Of a stretch of DNA of 64,000 bases, positions 1 to 15,000 are shown piece after piece. This DNA is from Eledone cirrhosa (taxonomy: Eukaryota), in assembly GCA_964016885.1 (NCBI GenBank), contig OZ024749.1, positions 18,910,001-18,974,000 on the forward strand. The letters run 5' to 3'. Numbering within the stretch: position 1 is the first letter of the stretch; every line of letters begins with the position of its first letter. A program made the position numbers and the translations under genes. The notes under the pieces were generated by a model. It did no database searches. It was given only the letters and a program-made list of their open reading frames with translations, and was not told the origin of the DNA.

Positions 1-3000
1 AGTGATGACAGTGATGGTAGTGATGACAGTGATGGTAGTGATGACAGTGATGGTAGTGATGGCAGTGATGACAGTGATGGTAGTGATGGCAGTGATGGTA
101 GTGATGACAGTGATGGTCGTGATGACAGTGATGGTAGTGATGACAGTGATGACAGTGATGGTAGTGATGACAGTGATGACAGTGATGGTAATGATGACAG
201 TGATGACAGTGATGACAGTGATGGCAGTGATGACAGTGATGGTAGTGATGACAGTGATGGTAGTGATGACAGTGATGACAGTGATGACAGTGATGGTAGT
301 GATGACAGTGATGACAGTGATGGCAGTGATGACAGTGATGGTAGTGATGACAGTGATGACAGTGATGACAGTGATGGTAGTGATGACAGTGATGGTAGTG
401 ATGAGAGTGATGACAGTGATGGTAATGATGACAGTGATGACAGTGATGACAGTGATGGCAGTGATGACAGTGATGACAGTGATGGATGACAGTGATGGTA
501 GTGATGACAGTGATGACAGTGATGGCAGTGATGACAGTGATGGTAGTGATGACAGTGATGACAGTGATGGCAGTGATGACAGTGATGGTAGTGATGACAG
601 TGATGACAGTGATGACAGTGATGGTAGTGATGACAGTGATGGCAGTGATGGTAGTGATGACAGTGGTGACAGTGATGACAGTGATGGTAGTGAGGACAGT
701 GATGGTAGTGATGGTAGTGATGGCAGTGATGACAGTGATGGTAGTGATGGCAGTGATGACAGTGATGATAGTGATGGCAGTGATGGTAGTGATGACATTG
801 ATGACAGTGATGACAGTGATGACAGTGATGACAGTGATGACAGTGATGGTAGTGATGACAGTGATGACAGTGATGGTAGTGATGACAGTGATGACAGTGA
901 TGACAGTGATGGTAGTGATGGCAGTGATGACAGTGATGACAGTGATGGTAGTGATGACAGTGATGACAGTGATGACAGTGATGACAGTGATGGTAGTGAT
1001 GACAGTGATTACAGTGATGACAGTGATGGCAGTGATGACAGTGATGGTAGTGATGACAGTGATGGTAGTGATGATAGTGATGACAGTGATGACAGTGATG
1101 GCAGTGATGACAGTGATGACAGTGATGACAGTGATGACAGTGATGGTAGTGATGACATTGATGACAGTGATGACAGTGATGGTAGTGATGGCAGTGATGA
1201 CAGTGATGACAGTGATGGTAGTGATGACAGTGATGACAGTGATGACAGTGATGAGAGTGATGACAGTGATGGTAGTGATGACAGTGATGGTAGTGATGAC
1301 AGTGATGACAGTGATGGTAGTGATGACAGTGATGGTAGTGATGACAGTGATGGTAGTGATGACAGTGATGGCAGTGATGGAAGTGATGGTAGTGATGACA
1401 GTGATGACAGTGATGGCAGTGATGACAGTGATGGTAGTGATGGTAGTGATGACAGTGATGGCAGTGATGGAAGTGATGGTAGTGATGACAGTGATGACAT
1501 TGATGGCAGTGATGACAGTGATGGTAGTGATGACAGTGATGGTAGTGATGACAGTGATGGCAGTGATGACAGTGATGTTAGTGATGACAGTGATGGTAGT
1601 GATGACAGTGATGGCAGTGATGACAGTGATGGTAGTGATGACAGTGATGGCAGTGATGACAGTGATGGTAGTGATGACAGTGATGGTAGTGATGACAGTG
1701 ATGACAGTGATGGTAGTGATGGTAGTGATGGTAATGATGACAGTGATGGCAGTGATGACAGTGATGGTAGTGATGACAGTGATGGTAGTGATGACAGTGA
1801 TGGTAGTGATGGTAGTGATGACAGTGATGACAGTGATGACAGTGATGGTAGTGATGGCAGTGATGGTAGTGATGACAGTGATGACAGTGATGGCAGTGAT
1901 GACAGTGATGGTGGTGAAGGTAGTGATGGCAGTGATGACAGTGATGACAGTGATGGTAGTGATGGTACTGATGACAGTGATGGCAGTGATGACAGTGATG
2001 ACAGTGATGGTAGTGATGGCAGTGATGACAGTGATGGCAGTGATGGCAGTGATGACAGTGATGGCAATGATGGTAGAGATGGTAGTGATGACAGTGATGG
2101 CAGTGATGACAGTGATGGTAGTGATGGCAGTGATGGTAGTGATGACAGTGATGGTAGTGATGGCAGTGATGGTAGTGATGACAGTGATGGTAGTGATGAC
2201 AGTGATGGTAGTGATGACAGTGATGGTAGTGATGGCAGTGATGACAGTGATGGTAGTGATGGCAGTGATGGTAGTGATGACAGTGATGGTCGTGATGACA
2301 GTGATGGTAGTGATGACAGTGATGACAGTGATGGCAGTGATGACAGTGATGGTAGTGATGACAGTGATGGCAGTGATGGTAGTGATGACAGTGATGACAG
2401 TGATGGCAGTGATGACAGTGATGGTAGTGATGACAGTGATGGCAGTGATGGTAGTGATGACAGTGATGGTAGTGATGACAGTGATGACAGTGATGGTAGT
2501 GATGGTAGTGATGGTAATGATGACAGTGATGGCAGTGATGACAGTGATGGTAGTGATGACAGTGATGGTAGTGATGACAGTGATGGTAGTGATGGTAGTG
2601 ATGACAGTGATGACAGTGATGGTAGTGATGGTAGTGATGGCAGTGATGGTAGTGATGACAGTGATGACAGTGATGGCAGTGATGACAGTGATGGTGGTGA
2701 AGGTAGTGATGGTACTGATGACAGTGATGTTAGTGATGACAGTGATGACAGTGATGACAGTGATGGTAGTGATGACAGTGATGGTAGTGATGACAGTGAT
2801 GGTAGTGATGACATTGATGACAGTGACGGTAGTGATGACAGTGATGGCAGTGATGACAGTGATGACAGTGATGGTAGTGATGGTAGTGATGGTACTGATG
2901 ACAGTGATGGCAGTGATGACAGTGATGTTAGTGATGACAGTGATGACAGTGATGACAGTGATGGTAGTGATGACAGTGATGACAGTGATGGTAGTGATGA

Positions 3001-6000
3001 CAGTGATGACAGTGATGGCAGTGATGACAGTGATGGTAGTGATGACAGTGATTACAGTGATGACAGTGATGGCAGTGATGACAGTGATGGTAGTGATGAC
3101 AGTGATGGTAGTGATGATAGTGATGACAGTGATGACAGTGATGGCAGTGATGACAGTGATGACAGTGATGACAGTGATGACAGTGATGGTAGTGATGACA
3201 TTGATGACAGTGATGACAGTGATGGTAGTGATGGCAGTGATGACAGTGATGACAGTGATGGTAGTGATGACAGTGATGACAGTGATGACAGTGATGAGAG
3301 TGATGACAGTGATGGTAGTGATGACAGTGATGGTAGTGATGACAGTGATGACAGTGATGGTAGTGATGACAGTGATGGTAGTGATGACAGTGATGGTAGT
3401 GATGACAGTGATGGCAGTGATGGCAGTGATGACAGTGATGGTAGTGATGGTAGTGATGACAGTGATGGCAGTGATGGGAGTGATGGTAGTGATGACAGTG
3501 ATGACAGTGATGGCAGTGATGACAGTGATGGTAGTGATGGTAGTGATGACAGTGATGGTAGTGATGGTAGTGATGACAGTGATGGCAGTGATGGGAGTGA
3601 TGGTAGTGATGACAGTGATGACATTGATGGCAGTGATGACAGTGATGGTAGTGATGACAGTGATGGTAGTGATGACAGTGATGACAGTGATGGCAGTGAT
3701 GACAGTGATGGTAGTGATGACAGTGATGGTAGTGATGACAGTGATGGTAGTGATGACAGTGATGACAGTGATGGTAGTGATGGTAGTGATGGTAATGATG
3801 ACAGTGATGGCAGTGATGACAGTGATGGTAGTGATGACAGTGATGGTAGTGATGACAGTGATGGTAGTGATGGTAGTGATGACAGTGATGACAGTGATGA
3901 CAGTGATGGTAGTGATGGCAGTGATGGTAGTGATGACAGTGATGACAGTGATGGCAGTGATGACAGTGATGGTGGTGAAGGTAGTGATGGCAGTGATGAC
4001 AGTGATGACAGTGATGGTAGTGATGGTACTGATGACAGTGATGGCAGTGATGACAGTGATGACAGTGATGGTAGTGATGGCAGTGATGACAGTGATGACA
4101 GTGATGGCAATGATGGTAGAGATGGTAGTGATGACAGTGATGGCAGTGATGACAGTGATGGTAGTGATGGCAGTGATGGTAGTGATGACCGTGAGGGTAG
4201 TGATGGCAGTGATGGTAGTGATGACAGTGATGGTAGTGATGACAGTGATGGTAGTGATGACAGTGATGGTAGTGATGGCAGTGATGACAGTGATGGTAGT
4301 GATGGCAGTGATGGTAGTGATGACAGTGATGGTCGTGATGACAGTGATGGTAGTGATGACAGTGATGACAGTGATGGTAGTGATGACAGTGATGACAGTG
4401 ATGGTAATGATGACAGTGATGACAGTGATGACAGTGATGGCAGTGATGACAGTGATGGTAGTGATGACAGTGATGGTAGTGATGACAGTGATGACAGTGA
4501 TGACAGTGATGACAGTGATGGTAGTGATGACAGTGATGACAGTGATGACAGTGATGGTAGTGATGACAGTGATGGTAGTGATGACAGTGATGACAGTGAT
4601 GGTAATGATGACAGTGATGACAGTGATGACAGTGATGGCAGTGATGACAGTGATGACAGTGATGGATGACAGTGATGGTAGTGATGACAGTGATGACAGT
4701 GATGGCAGTGATGACAGTGATGGTAGTGATGACAGTGATGACAGTGATGGCAGTGATGACAGTGATGGTAGTGATGACAGTGATGACAGTGATGACAGTG
4801 ATGGTAGTGATGACAGTGATGACAGTGATGGTAGTGATGACAGTGGTGACAGTGATGACAGTGATGGTAGTGAGGACAGTGATGGTAGTGATGGTAGTGA
4901 TGGCAGTGATGACAGTGATGGTAGTGATGGCAGTGATGACAGTGATGATAGTGATGGCAGTGATGGTAGTGATGACATTGATGACAGTGATGACAGAGAT
5001 GACAGTGATGACAGTGATGACAGTGATGGTAGTGATGACAGTGATGACAGTGATGGTAGTGATGACAGTGATGACAGTGATGGCAGTGATGACAGTGATG
5101 GTAGTGATGACAGTGATTACAGTGATGACAGTGATGGCAGTGATGACAGTGATGGTAGTGATGACAGTGATGGTAGTGATGATAGTGATGACAGTGATGG
5201 CAGTGATGACAGTGATGACAGTGATGACAGTGATGGTAGTGATGACATTGATGACAGTGATGACAGTGATGGTAGTGATGACAGTGATGACAGTGATGGT
5301 AGTGATGACAGTGATGGTAGTGATGACAGTGATGACAGTGATGGTAGTGATGACAGTGATGGCAGTGATGGTAGTGATGACAGTGATGACAGTGATGGTA
5401 GTGATGGCAGTGATGGCAGTGATGACAGTGATGGTAGTGATGACAGTGATGGTAGTGATGACAGTGATGACAGTGATGACAGTGATGGTAGTGATGACAG
5501 TGATGGTAGTGATGGCAGTGATGGTAGTGATGACAGTGATGACAGTGATGGTAGTGATGACAGTGATGGTAGTGATGACAGTGATGGCAGTGATGGTAGT
5601 GATGACAGTGATGACAGTGATGACAGTGATGGTAGTGATGGTAGTGATGGCAGTGATGACAGTGATGGTAGTAATGACAGTGATGGTAGTGATGACAGTG
5701 ATGGTAGTGATGGTAGTGATGACAGTGATGACAGTGATGGCAGTGATGACAGTGATGGTAGTGATGACAGTGATGGCAGTGATGGTAGTGATGACAGTGA
5801 TGGTAGTGATGACAGTGATGACAGTGATGGTAGTGATGGTAGTGATGGTAATGATGACAGTGATGGCAGTGATGACAGTGATGGTAGTGATGACAGTGAT
5901 GGTAGTGATGACAGTGATGGTAGTGATGGTAGTGATGACAGTGATGACAGTGATGACAGTGATGGTAGTGATGGCAGTGATGGTAGTGATGACAGTGATG

Positions 6001-9000
6001 ACAGTGATGGCAGTGATGACAGTGATGGTGGTGAAGGTAGTGATGGCAGTGATGACAGTGATGACAGTGATGGTAGTGATGGTACTGATGACAGTGATGG
6101 CAGTGATGACAGTGATGACAGTGATGGTAGTGATGGCAGTGATGACAGTGATGGCAGTGATGGCAGTGATGACAGTGATGGCAATGATGGTAGAGATGGT
6201 AGTGATGACAGTGATGGCAGTGATGACAGTGATGGTAGTGATGGCAGTGATGGTAGTGATGACAGTGATGGTAGTGATGGCAGTGATGGTAGTGATGACA
6301 GTGATGGTAGTGATGACAGTGATGGTATCGATGACAGTGATGGTAGTGATGGCAGTGATGACAGTGATGGTAGTGATGGCAGTGATGGTAGTGATGACAG
6401 TGATGGTCGTGATGACAGTGATGGTAGTGATGACAGTGATGACAGTGATGGTAGTGATGACAGTGATGACAGTGATGGTAATGATGACAGTGATGACAGT
6501 GATGACAGTGATGGCAGTGATGACAGTGATGGTAGTGATGACAGTGATGGTAGTGATGACAGTGATGACAGTGATGACAGTGATGACAGTGATGGTAGTG
6601 ATGACAGTGATGACAGTGATGACAGTGATGGTAGTGATGACAGTGATGGTAGTGATGACAGTGATGACAGTGATGGTAATGATGACAGTGATGACAGTGA
6701 TGACAGTGATGGCAGTGATGACAGTGATGACAGTGATGGATGACAGTGATGGTAGTGATGACAGTGATGACAGTGATGGCAGTGATGACAGTGATGGTAG
6801 TGATGACAGTGATGACAGTGATGGCAGTGATGGTAGTGATGACAGTGATGACAGTGATGACAGTGATGGTAGTGATGACAGTGATGACAGTGATGGTAGT
6901 GATGACAGTGGTGACAGTGATGACAGTGATGGTAGTGAGGACAGTGATGGTAGTGATGGTAGTGATGGCAGTGATGACAGTGATGGTAGTGATGGCAGTG
7001 ATGACAGTGATGATAGTGATGGCAGTGATGGTAGTGATGACATTGATGACAGTGATGACAGAGATGACAGTGATGACAGTGATGACAGTGATGGTAGTGA
7101 TGACAGTGATGACAGTGATGGTAGTGATGACAGTGATGACAGTGATGGCAGTGATGACAGTGATGGTAGTGATGACAGTGATTACAGTGATGACAGTGAT
7201 GGCAGTGATGACAGTGATGGTAGTGATGACAGTGATGGTAGTGATGATAGTGATGACAGTGATGGCAGTGATGACAGTGATGACAGTGATGACAGTGATG
7301 GTAGTGATGACATTGATGACAGTGATGACAGTGATGGTAGTGATGGCAGTGATGACAGTGATGACAGTGATGGTAGTGATGACAGTGATGACAGTGATGA
7401 GAGTGATGACAGTGATGGTAGTGATGACAGTGATGGTAGTGATGACAGTGATGACAGTGATGGTAGTGATGACAGTGATGGTAGTGATGACAGTGATGGT
7501 AGTGATGACAGTGATGGCAGTGATGGAAGTGATGGTAGTGATGACAGTGATGACAGTGATGGCAGTGATGACAGTGATGGTAGTGATGGTAGTGATGACA
7601 GTGATGGTAGTGATGACAGTGATGGCAGTGATGGTAGTGATGACAGTGATGACATTGATGGCAGTGATGACAGTGATGGTAGTGATGACAGTGATGGTAG
7701 TGATGACAGTGATGGCAGTGATGACAGTGATGTTAGTGATGACAGTGATGGTAGTGATGACAGTGATGGCAGTGATGACAGTGATGGTAGTGATGACAGT
7801 GATGGTAGTGATGACAGTGATGGCAGTGATGGTAGTGATGGTATTGATGACAGTGATGGTAGTGATGACAGTGATGACAGTGATGGTAGTGATGACAGTG
7901 ATGGCAGTGATGACAGTGATGGTAGTGATGACAGTGATGGTAGTGATGACAGTGATGGCAGTGATGGTAGTGATGGCAGTGATGACACTGTTGACAGTGA
8001 TGGCAGTGATGACAGTGATGGTAGTGATGACAGTGATGGCAGTGATGACAGTGATGGTAGTGATGACAGTGATGGTAGTGATGACAGTGATGGCAGTGAT
8101 GGTAGTGATGGTATTGATGACAGTGATGACAGTGATGACACTGATGACAGTGATGACAGTGATGGCAGTGATGACAGTGATGGCAGTGATGACAGTGATG
8201 GTAGTGATGACAGTGATGGTAGTGATGACAGTGATGGTAGTGATGGCAGTGATGACAGTGATGGTAGTGATGGCAGTGATGGTAGTGATGACAGTGATGG
8301 TCGTGATGACAGTGATGGTAGTGATGACAGTGATGACAGTGATGGTAGTGATGACAGTGATGACAGTGATGGTAATGATGACAGTGATGACAGTGATGAC
8401 AGTGATGGCAGTGATGACAGTGATGGTAGTGATGACAGTGATGGTAGTGATGACAGTGATGACAGTGATGACAGTGATGGTAGTGATGACAGTGATGACA
8501 GTGATGGCAGTGATGACAGTGATGGTAGTGATGACAGTGATGACAGTGATGACAGTGATGGTAGTGATGACAGTGATGGTAGTGATGAGAGTGATGACAG
8601 TGATGGTAATGATGACAGTGATGACAGTGATGACAGTGATGGCAGTGATGACAGTGATGACAGTGATGGATGACAGTGATGGTAGTGATGACAGTGATGA
8701 CAGTGATGGCAGTGATGACAGTGATGGTAGTGATGACAGTGATGACAGTGATGGCAGTGATGACAGTGATGGTAGTGATGACAGTGATGACAGTGATGAC
8801 AGTGATGGTAGTGATGACAGTGATGGCAGTGATGGTAGTGATGACAGTGGTGACAGTGATGACAGTGATGGTAGTGAGGACAGTGATGGTAGTGATGGTA
8901 GTGATGGCAGTGATGACAGTGATGGTAGTGATGGCAGTGATGACAGTGATGATAGTGATGGCAGTGATGGTAGTGATGACATTGATGACAGTGATGACAG

Positions 9001-12000
9001 TGATGACAGTGATGACAGTGATGACAGTGATGGTAGTGATGACAGTGATGACAGTGATGGTAGTGATGACAGTGATGACAGTGATGGCAGTGATGACAGT
9101 GATGGTAGTGATGACAGTGATTACAGTGATGACAGTGATGGCAGTGATGACAGTGATGGTAGTGATGACAGTGATGGTAGTGATGATAGTGATGACAGTG
9201 ATGACAGTGATGGCAGTGATGACAGTGATGACAGTGATGACAGTGATGACAGTGATGGTAGTGATGACATTGATGACAGTGATGACAGTGATGGTAGTGA
9301 TGGCAGTGATGACAGTGATGACAGTGATGGTAGTGATGACAGTGATGACAGTGATGACAGTGATGAGAGTGATGACAGTGATGGTAGTGATGACAGTGAT
9401 GGTAGTGATGACAGTGATGACAGTGATGGTAGTGATGACAGTGATGGTAGTGATGACAGTGATGGTAGTGATGACAGTGATGGCAGTGATGGAAGTGATG
9501 GTAGTGATGACAGTGATGACAGTGATGGCAGTGATGACAGTGATGGTAGTGATGGTAGTGATGACAGTGATGGCAGTGATGGAAGTGATGGTAGTGATGA
9601 CAGTGATGACATTGATGGCAGTGATGACAGTGATGGTAGTGATGACAGTGATGGTAGTGATGACAGTGATGGCAGTGATGACAGTGATGTTAGTGATGAC
9701 AGTGATGGTAGTGATGACAGTGATGGCAGTGATGACAGTGATGGTAGTGATGACAGTGATGGTAGTGATGACAGTGATGGCAGTGATGGTAGTGATGGTA
9801 TTGATGACAGTGATGGTAGTGATGACAGTGATGACAGTGATGACACTGATGACAGTGATGGCAGAGATGACAGTGATGGTAGTGATGACAGTGATGGTAG
9901 TGATGACAGTGATGGTAGTGATGACAGTGATGGCAGTGATGGAAGTGATGGTAGTGATGACAGTGATGACAGTGATGACAGTGATGGTAGTGATGACAGT
10001 GATGGCAGTGATGGCAGTGATGACAGTGATGGTAGTGATGGTAGTGATGACAGTGATGGTAGTGATGACATTGATGGTAGTGATGGTACTGATGACAGTG
10101 ATGTTAGTGATGACAGTGATGACAGTGATGGTAGTGATGACAGTGATGGTAGTGATGACAGTGATGACAGTGATGGCAGTGATGACAGTGATGGTAGTGA
10201 TGACAGTGATGACAGTGATGGCAGTGATGACAGTGATGGTAGTGATGACAGTGATGGCAGTGATGACAGTGATGGTAGTGATGGTACTGATGACAGTGAT
10301 GTTAGTGATGGTACTGATGACAGTGATGTTAGTGATGACAGTGATGACAGTGATGGTAGTGATGACAGTGATGACAGTGATGGTAGTGATGACAGTGATG
10401 GTAGTGATGACATTGATGACAGTGACGGTAGTGATGACAGTGATGGCAGTGATGACAGTGATGACAGTGATGACAGTGATGGTAGTGATGGTACTGATGA
10501 CAGTGATGGCAGTGATGACAGTGATGGTACTGATGACAGTGATGGCAGTGATGACAGTGATGGTAGTGATGACAGTGATGGCAGTGATGACAGTGATGGT
10601 AGTGATGGTACTGATGACAGTGATGTTAGTGATGACAGTGATGACAGTGATGACAGTGATGGTAGTGATGACAGTGATGACAGTGATGGTAGTGATGACA
10701 GTGATGACAGTGATGGTAGTGATGACAGTGATGGTAGTGATGACAGTGATGGTAGTGATGACAGTGATGACAGTGATGACAGTGCTGGTAGTGATGACAG
10801 TGATGGTAGTGATGGCAGTGATGGTAGTGATGACAGTGATGACAGTGATGGTAGTGATGACAGTGATGGTAGTGATGACAGTGATGACAGTGATGGTAGT
10901 GATGACAGTGATGGCAGTGATGGTAGTGATGACAGTGATGACAGTGATGACAGTGATGGTAGTGATGGCAGTGATGGTAGTGATGGTAGTGATGACAGTG
11001 ATGACAGTGATGGTAGTGATGACAGTGATGGTAGTGATGGCAGTGATGGTAGTGATGACAGTGATGACAGTGATGGTAGTGATGACAGTGATGGTAGTGA
11101 TGACAGTGATGACAGTGATGGTAGTGATGACAGTGATGGCAGTGATGGTAGTGATGACAGTGATGACAGTGATGACAGTGATGGTAGTGATGGTAGTGAT
11201 GGCAGTGATGACAGTGATGGTAGTAATGACAGTGATGGTAGTGATGACAGTGATGGTAGTGATGGTAGTGATGACAGTGATGACAGTGATGGCAGTGATG
11301 ACAGTGATGGTAGTGATGACAGTGATGGCAGTGATGGTAGTGATGACAGTGATGGTAGTGATGACAGTGATGACAGTGATGGTAGTGATGGTAGTGATGG
11401 TAATGATGACAGTGATGGCAGTGATGACAGTGATGGTAGTGATGACAGTGATGGTAGTGATGACAGTGATGGTAGTGATGGTAGTGATGACAGTGATGAC
11501 AGTGATGGTAGTGATGGTAGTGATGGCAGTGATGGTAGTGATGACAGTGATGACAGTGATGGCAGTGATGACAGTGATGGTGGTGAAGGTAGTGATGGTA
11601 CTGATGACAGTGATGTTAGTGATGACAGTGATGACAGTGATGACAGTGATGGTAGTGATGACAGTGATGACAGTGATGGTAGTGATGACAGTGATGGTAG
11701 TGATGACATTGATGACAGTGACGGTAGTGATGACAGTGATGGCAGTGATGACAGTGATGACAGTGATGGTAGTGATGGTAGTGATGGTACTGATGACAGT
11801 GATGGCAGTGATGACAGTGATGGTAGTGATGACAGTGATGGCAGTGATGACAGTGATGACAGTGATGTTAGTGATGACAGTGATGACAGTGATGACAGTG
11901 ATGGTAGTGATGACAGTGATGACAGTGATGACAGTGATGGTAGTGATGACAGTGATGGTAGTGATGACAGTGATGGTAGTGATGACAGTGATGGTAGTAA

Positions 12001-15000
12001 TGACAGTGATGACAGTGATGACAGTGATGGTAGTGATGACAGTGATGGTAGTGATGGCAGTGATGGTAGTGATGACAGTGATGGTAGTGATGACAGTGAT
12101 GGTAGTGATGACAGTGATGACAGTGATGGTAGTGATGACAGTGATGGCAGTGATGGTAGTGATGACAGTGATGACAGTGATGGTAGTGATGGCAGTGATG
12201 GCAGTGATGACAGTGATGGTAGTGATGACAGTGATGGTAGTGATGACAGTGATGACAGTGATGACAGTGATGGTAGTGATGACAGTGATGGTAGTGATGG
12301 CAGTGATGGTAGTGATGACAGTGATGACAGTGATGGTAGTGATGACAGTGATGGTAGTGATGACAGTGATGACAGTGATGGTAGTGATGACAGTGATGGC
12401 AGTGATGGTAGTGATGACAGTGATGACAGTGATGACAGTGATGGTAGTGATGGTAGTGATGGCAGTGATGACAGTGATGGTAGTAATGACAGTGATGGTA
12501 GTGATGACAGTGATGGTAGTGATGGTAGTGATGACAGTGATGACAGTGATGGCAGTGATGACAGTGATGGTAGTGATGACAGTGATGGTAGTGATGACAG
12601 TGATGGCAGTGATGACAGTGATGACAGTGATGGTAGTGATGGTAGTGATGGTAATGATGACAGTGATGGCAGTGATGACAGTGATGGTAGTGATGACAGT
12701 GATGGTAGTGATGACAGTGATGGTAGTGATGGTAGTGATGACAGTGATGACAGTGATGGTAGTGATGGCAGTGATGGTAGTGATGACAGTGATGACAGTG
12801 ATGGCAGTGATGACAGTGATGGTGGTGAAGGTAGTGATGGCAGTGATGACAGTGATGACAGTGATGGTAGTGATGGTACTGATGACAGTGATGGCAGTGA
12901 TGACAGTGATGACAGTGATGGTAGTGATGGCAGTGATGACAGTGATGGCAGTGATGGCAGTGATGACAGTGATGGCAATGATGGTAGAGATGGTAGTGAT
13001 GACAGTGATGGCAGTGATGACAGTGATGGTAGTGATGGCAGTGATGGTAGTGATGACAGTGATGGTAGTGATGGCAGTGATGGTAGTGATGACAGTGATG
13101 GTAGTGATGACAGTGATGGTAGTGATGACAGTGATGGTAGTGATGGCAGTGATGACAGTGATGGTAGTGATGGCAGTGATGGTAGTGATGACAGTGATGG
13201 TCGTGATGACAGTGATGGTAGTGATGACAGTGATGACAGTGATGGTAGTGATGACAGTGATGACAGTGATGGTAATGATGACAGTGATGACAGTGATGGT
13301 AGTGATGACAGTGATGGTAGTGATGACAGTGATGACAGTGATGACAGTGATGGTAGTGATGACAGTGATGACAGTGATGACAGTGATGGTAGTGATGACA
13401 GTGATGGTAGTGATGACAGTGATGACAGTGATGGTAATGATGACAGTGATGACAGTGATGGCAGTGATGACAGTGATGACAGTGATGGATGACAGTGATG
13501 GTAGTGATGACAGTGATGGCAGTGATGACAGTGATGGTAGTGATGACAGTGATGACAGTGATGGCAGTGATGACAGTGATGGTAGTGATGACAGTGATGA
13601 CAGTGATGACAGTGATGGTAGTGATGACAGTGATGACAGTGATGGTAGTGATGACAGTGGTGACAGTGATGACAGTGATGGTAGTGAGGACAGTGATGGT
13701 AGTGATGGTAGTGATGGCAGTGATGACAGTGATGGTAGTGATGGCAGTGATGACAGTGATGATAGTGATGGCAGTGATGGTAGTGATGACATTGATGACA
13801 GTGATGACAGAGATGACAGTGATGACAGTGATGACAGTGATGGTAGTGATGACAGTGATGACAGTGATGGTAGTGATGACAGTGATGGCAGTGATGACAG
13901 TGATGGTAGTGATGACAGTGATTACAGTGATGACAGTGATGGCAGTGATGACAGTGATGGTAGTGATGACAGTGATGGTAGTGATGATAGTGATGACAGT
14001 GATGGCAGTGATGACAGTGATGACAGTGATGACAGTGATGGTAGTGATGACATTGATGACAGTGATGACAGTGATGGTAGTGATGACAGTGATGACAGTG
14101 ATGGTAGTGATGACAGTGATGGTAGTGATGACAGTGATGACAGTGATGGTAGTGATGACAGTGATGGTAGTGATGACAGTGATGACAGTGATGGTAGTGA
14201 TGGCAGTGATGGCAGTGATGACAGTGATGGTAGTGATGACAGTGATGGTAGTGATGACAGTGATGACAGTGATGACAGTGATGGTAGTGATGACAGTGAT
14301 GGTAGTGATGGCAGTGATGGTAGTGATGACAGTGATGACAGTGATGGTAGTGATGACAGTGATGGTAGTGATGACAGTGATGACAGTGATGGTAGTGATG
14401 ACAGTGATGGCAGTGATGGTAGTGATGACAGTGATGACAGTGATGACAGTGATGGTAGTGATGGTAGTGATGGCAGTGATGACAGTGATGGTAGTAATGA
14501 CAGTGATGGTAGTGATGACAGTGATGGTAGTGATGGTAGTGATGACAGTGATGACAGTGATGGCAGTGATGACAGTGATGGTAGTGATGACAGTGATGGC
14601 AGTGATGGTAGTGATGACAGTGATGGTAGTGATGACAGTGATGACAGTGATGGTAGTGATGGTAGTGATGGTAATGATGACAGTGATGGCAGTGATGACA
14701 GTGATGGTAGTGATGACAGTGATGGTAGTGATGACAGTGATGGTAGTGATGGTAGTGATGACAGTGATGACAGTGATGACAGTGATGGTAGTGATGGCAG
14801 TGATGGTAGTGATGACAGTGATGACAGTGATGGCAGTGATGACAGTGATGGTGGTGAAGGTAGTGATGGCAGTGATGACAGTGATGACAGTGATGGTAGT
14901 GATGGTACTGATGACAGTGATGGCAGTGATGACAGTGATGACAGTGATGGTAGTGATGGCAGTGATGACAGTGATGGCAGTGATGGCAGTGATGACAGTG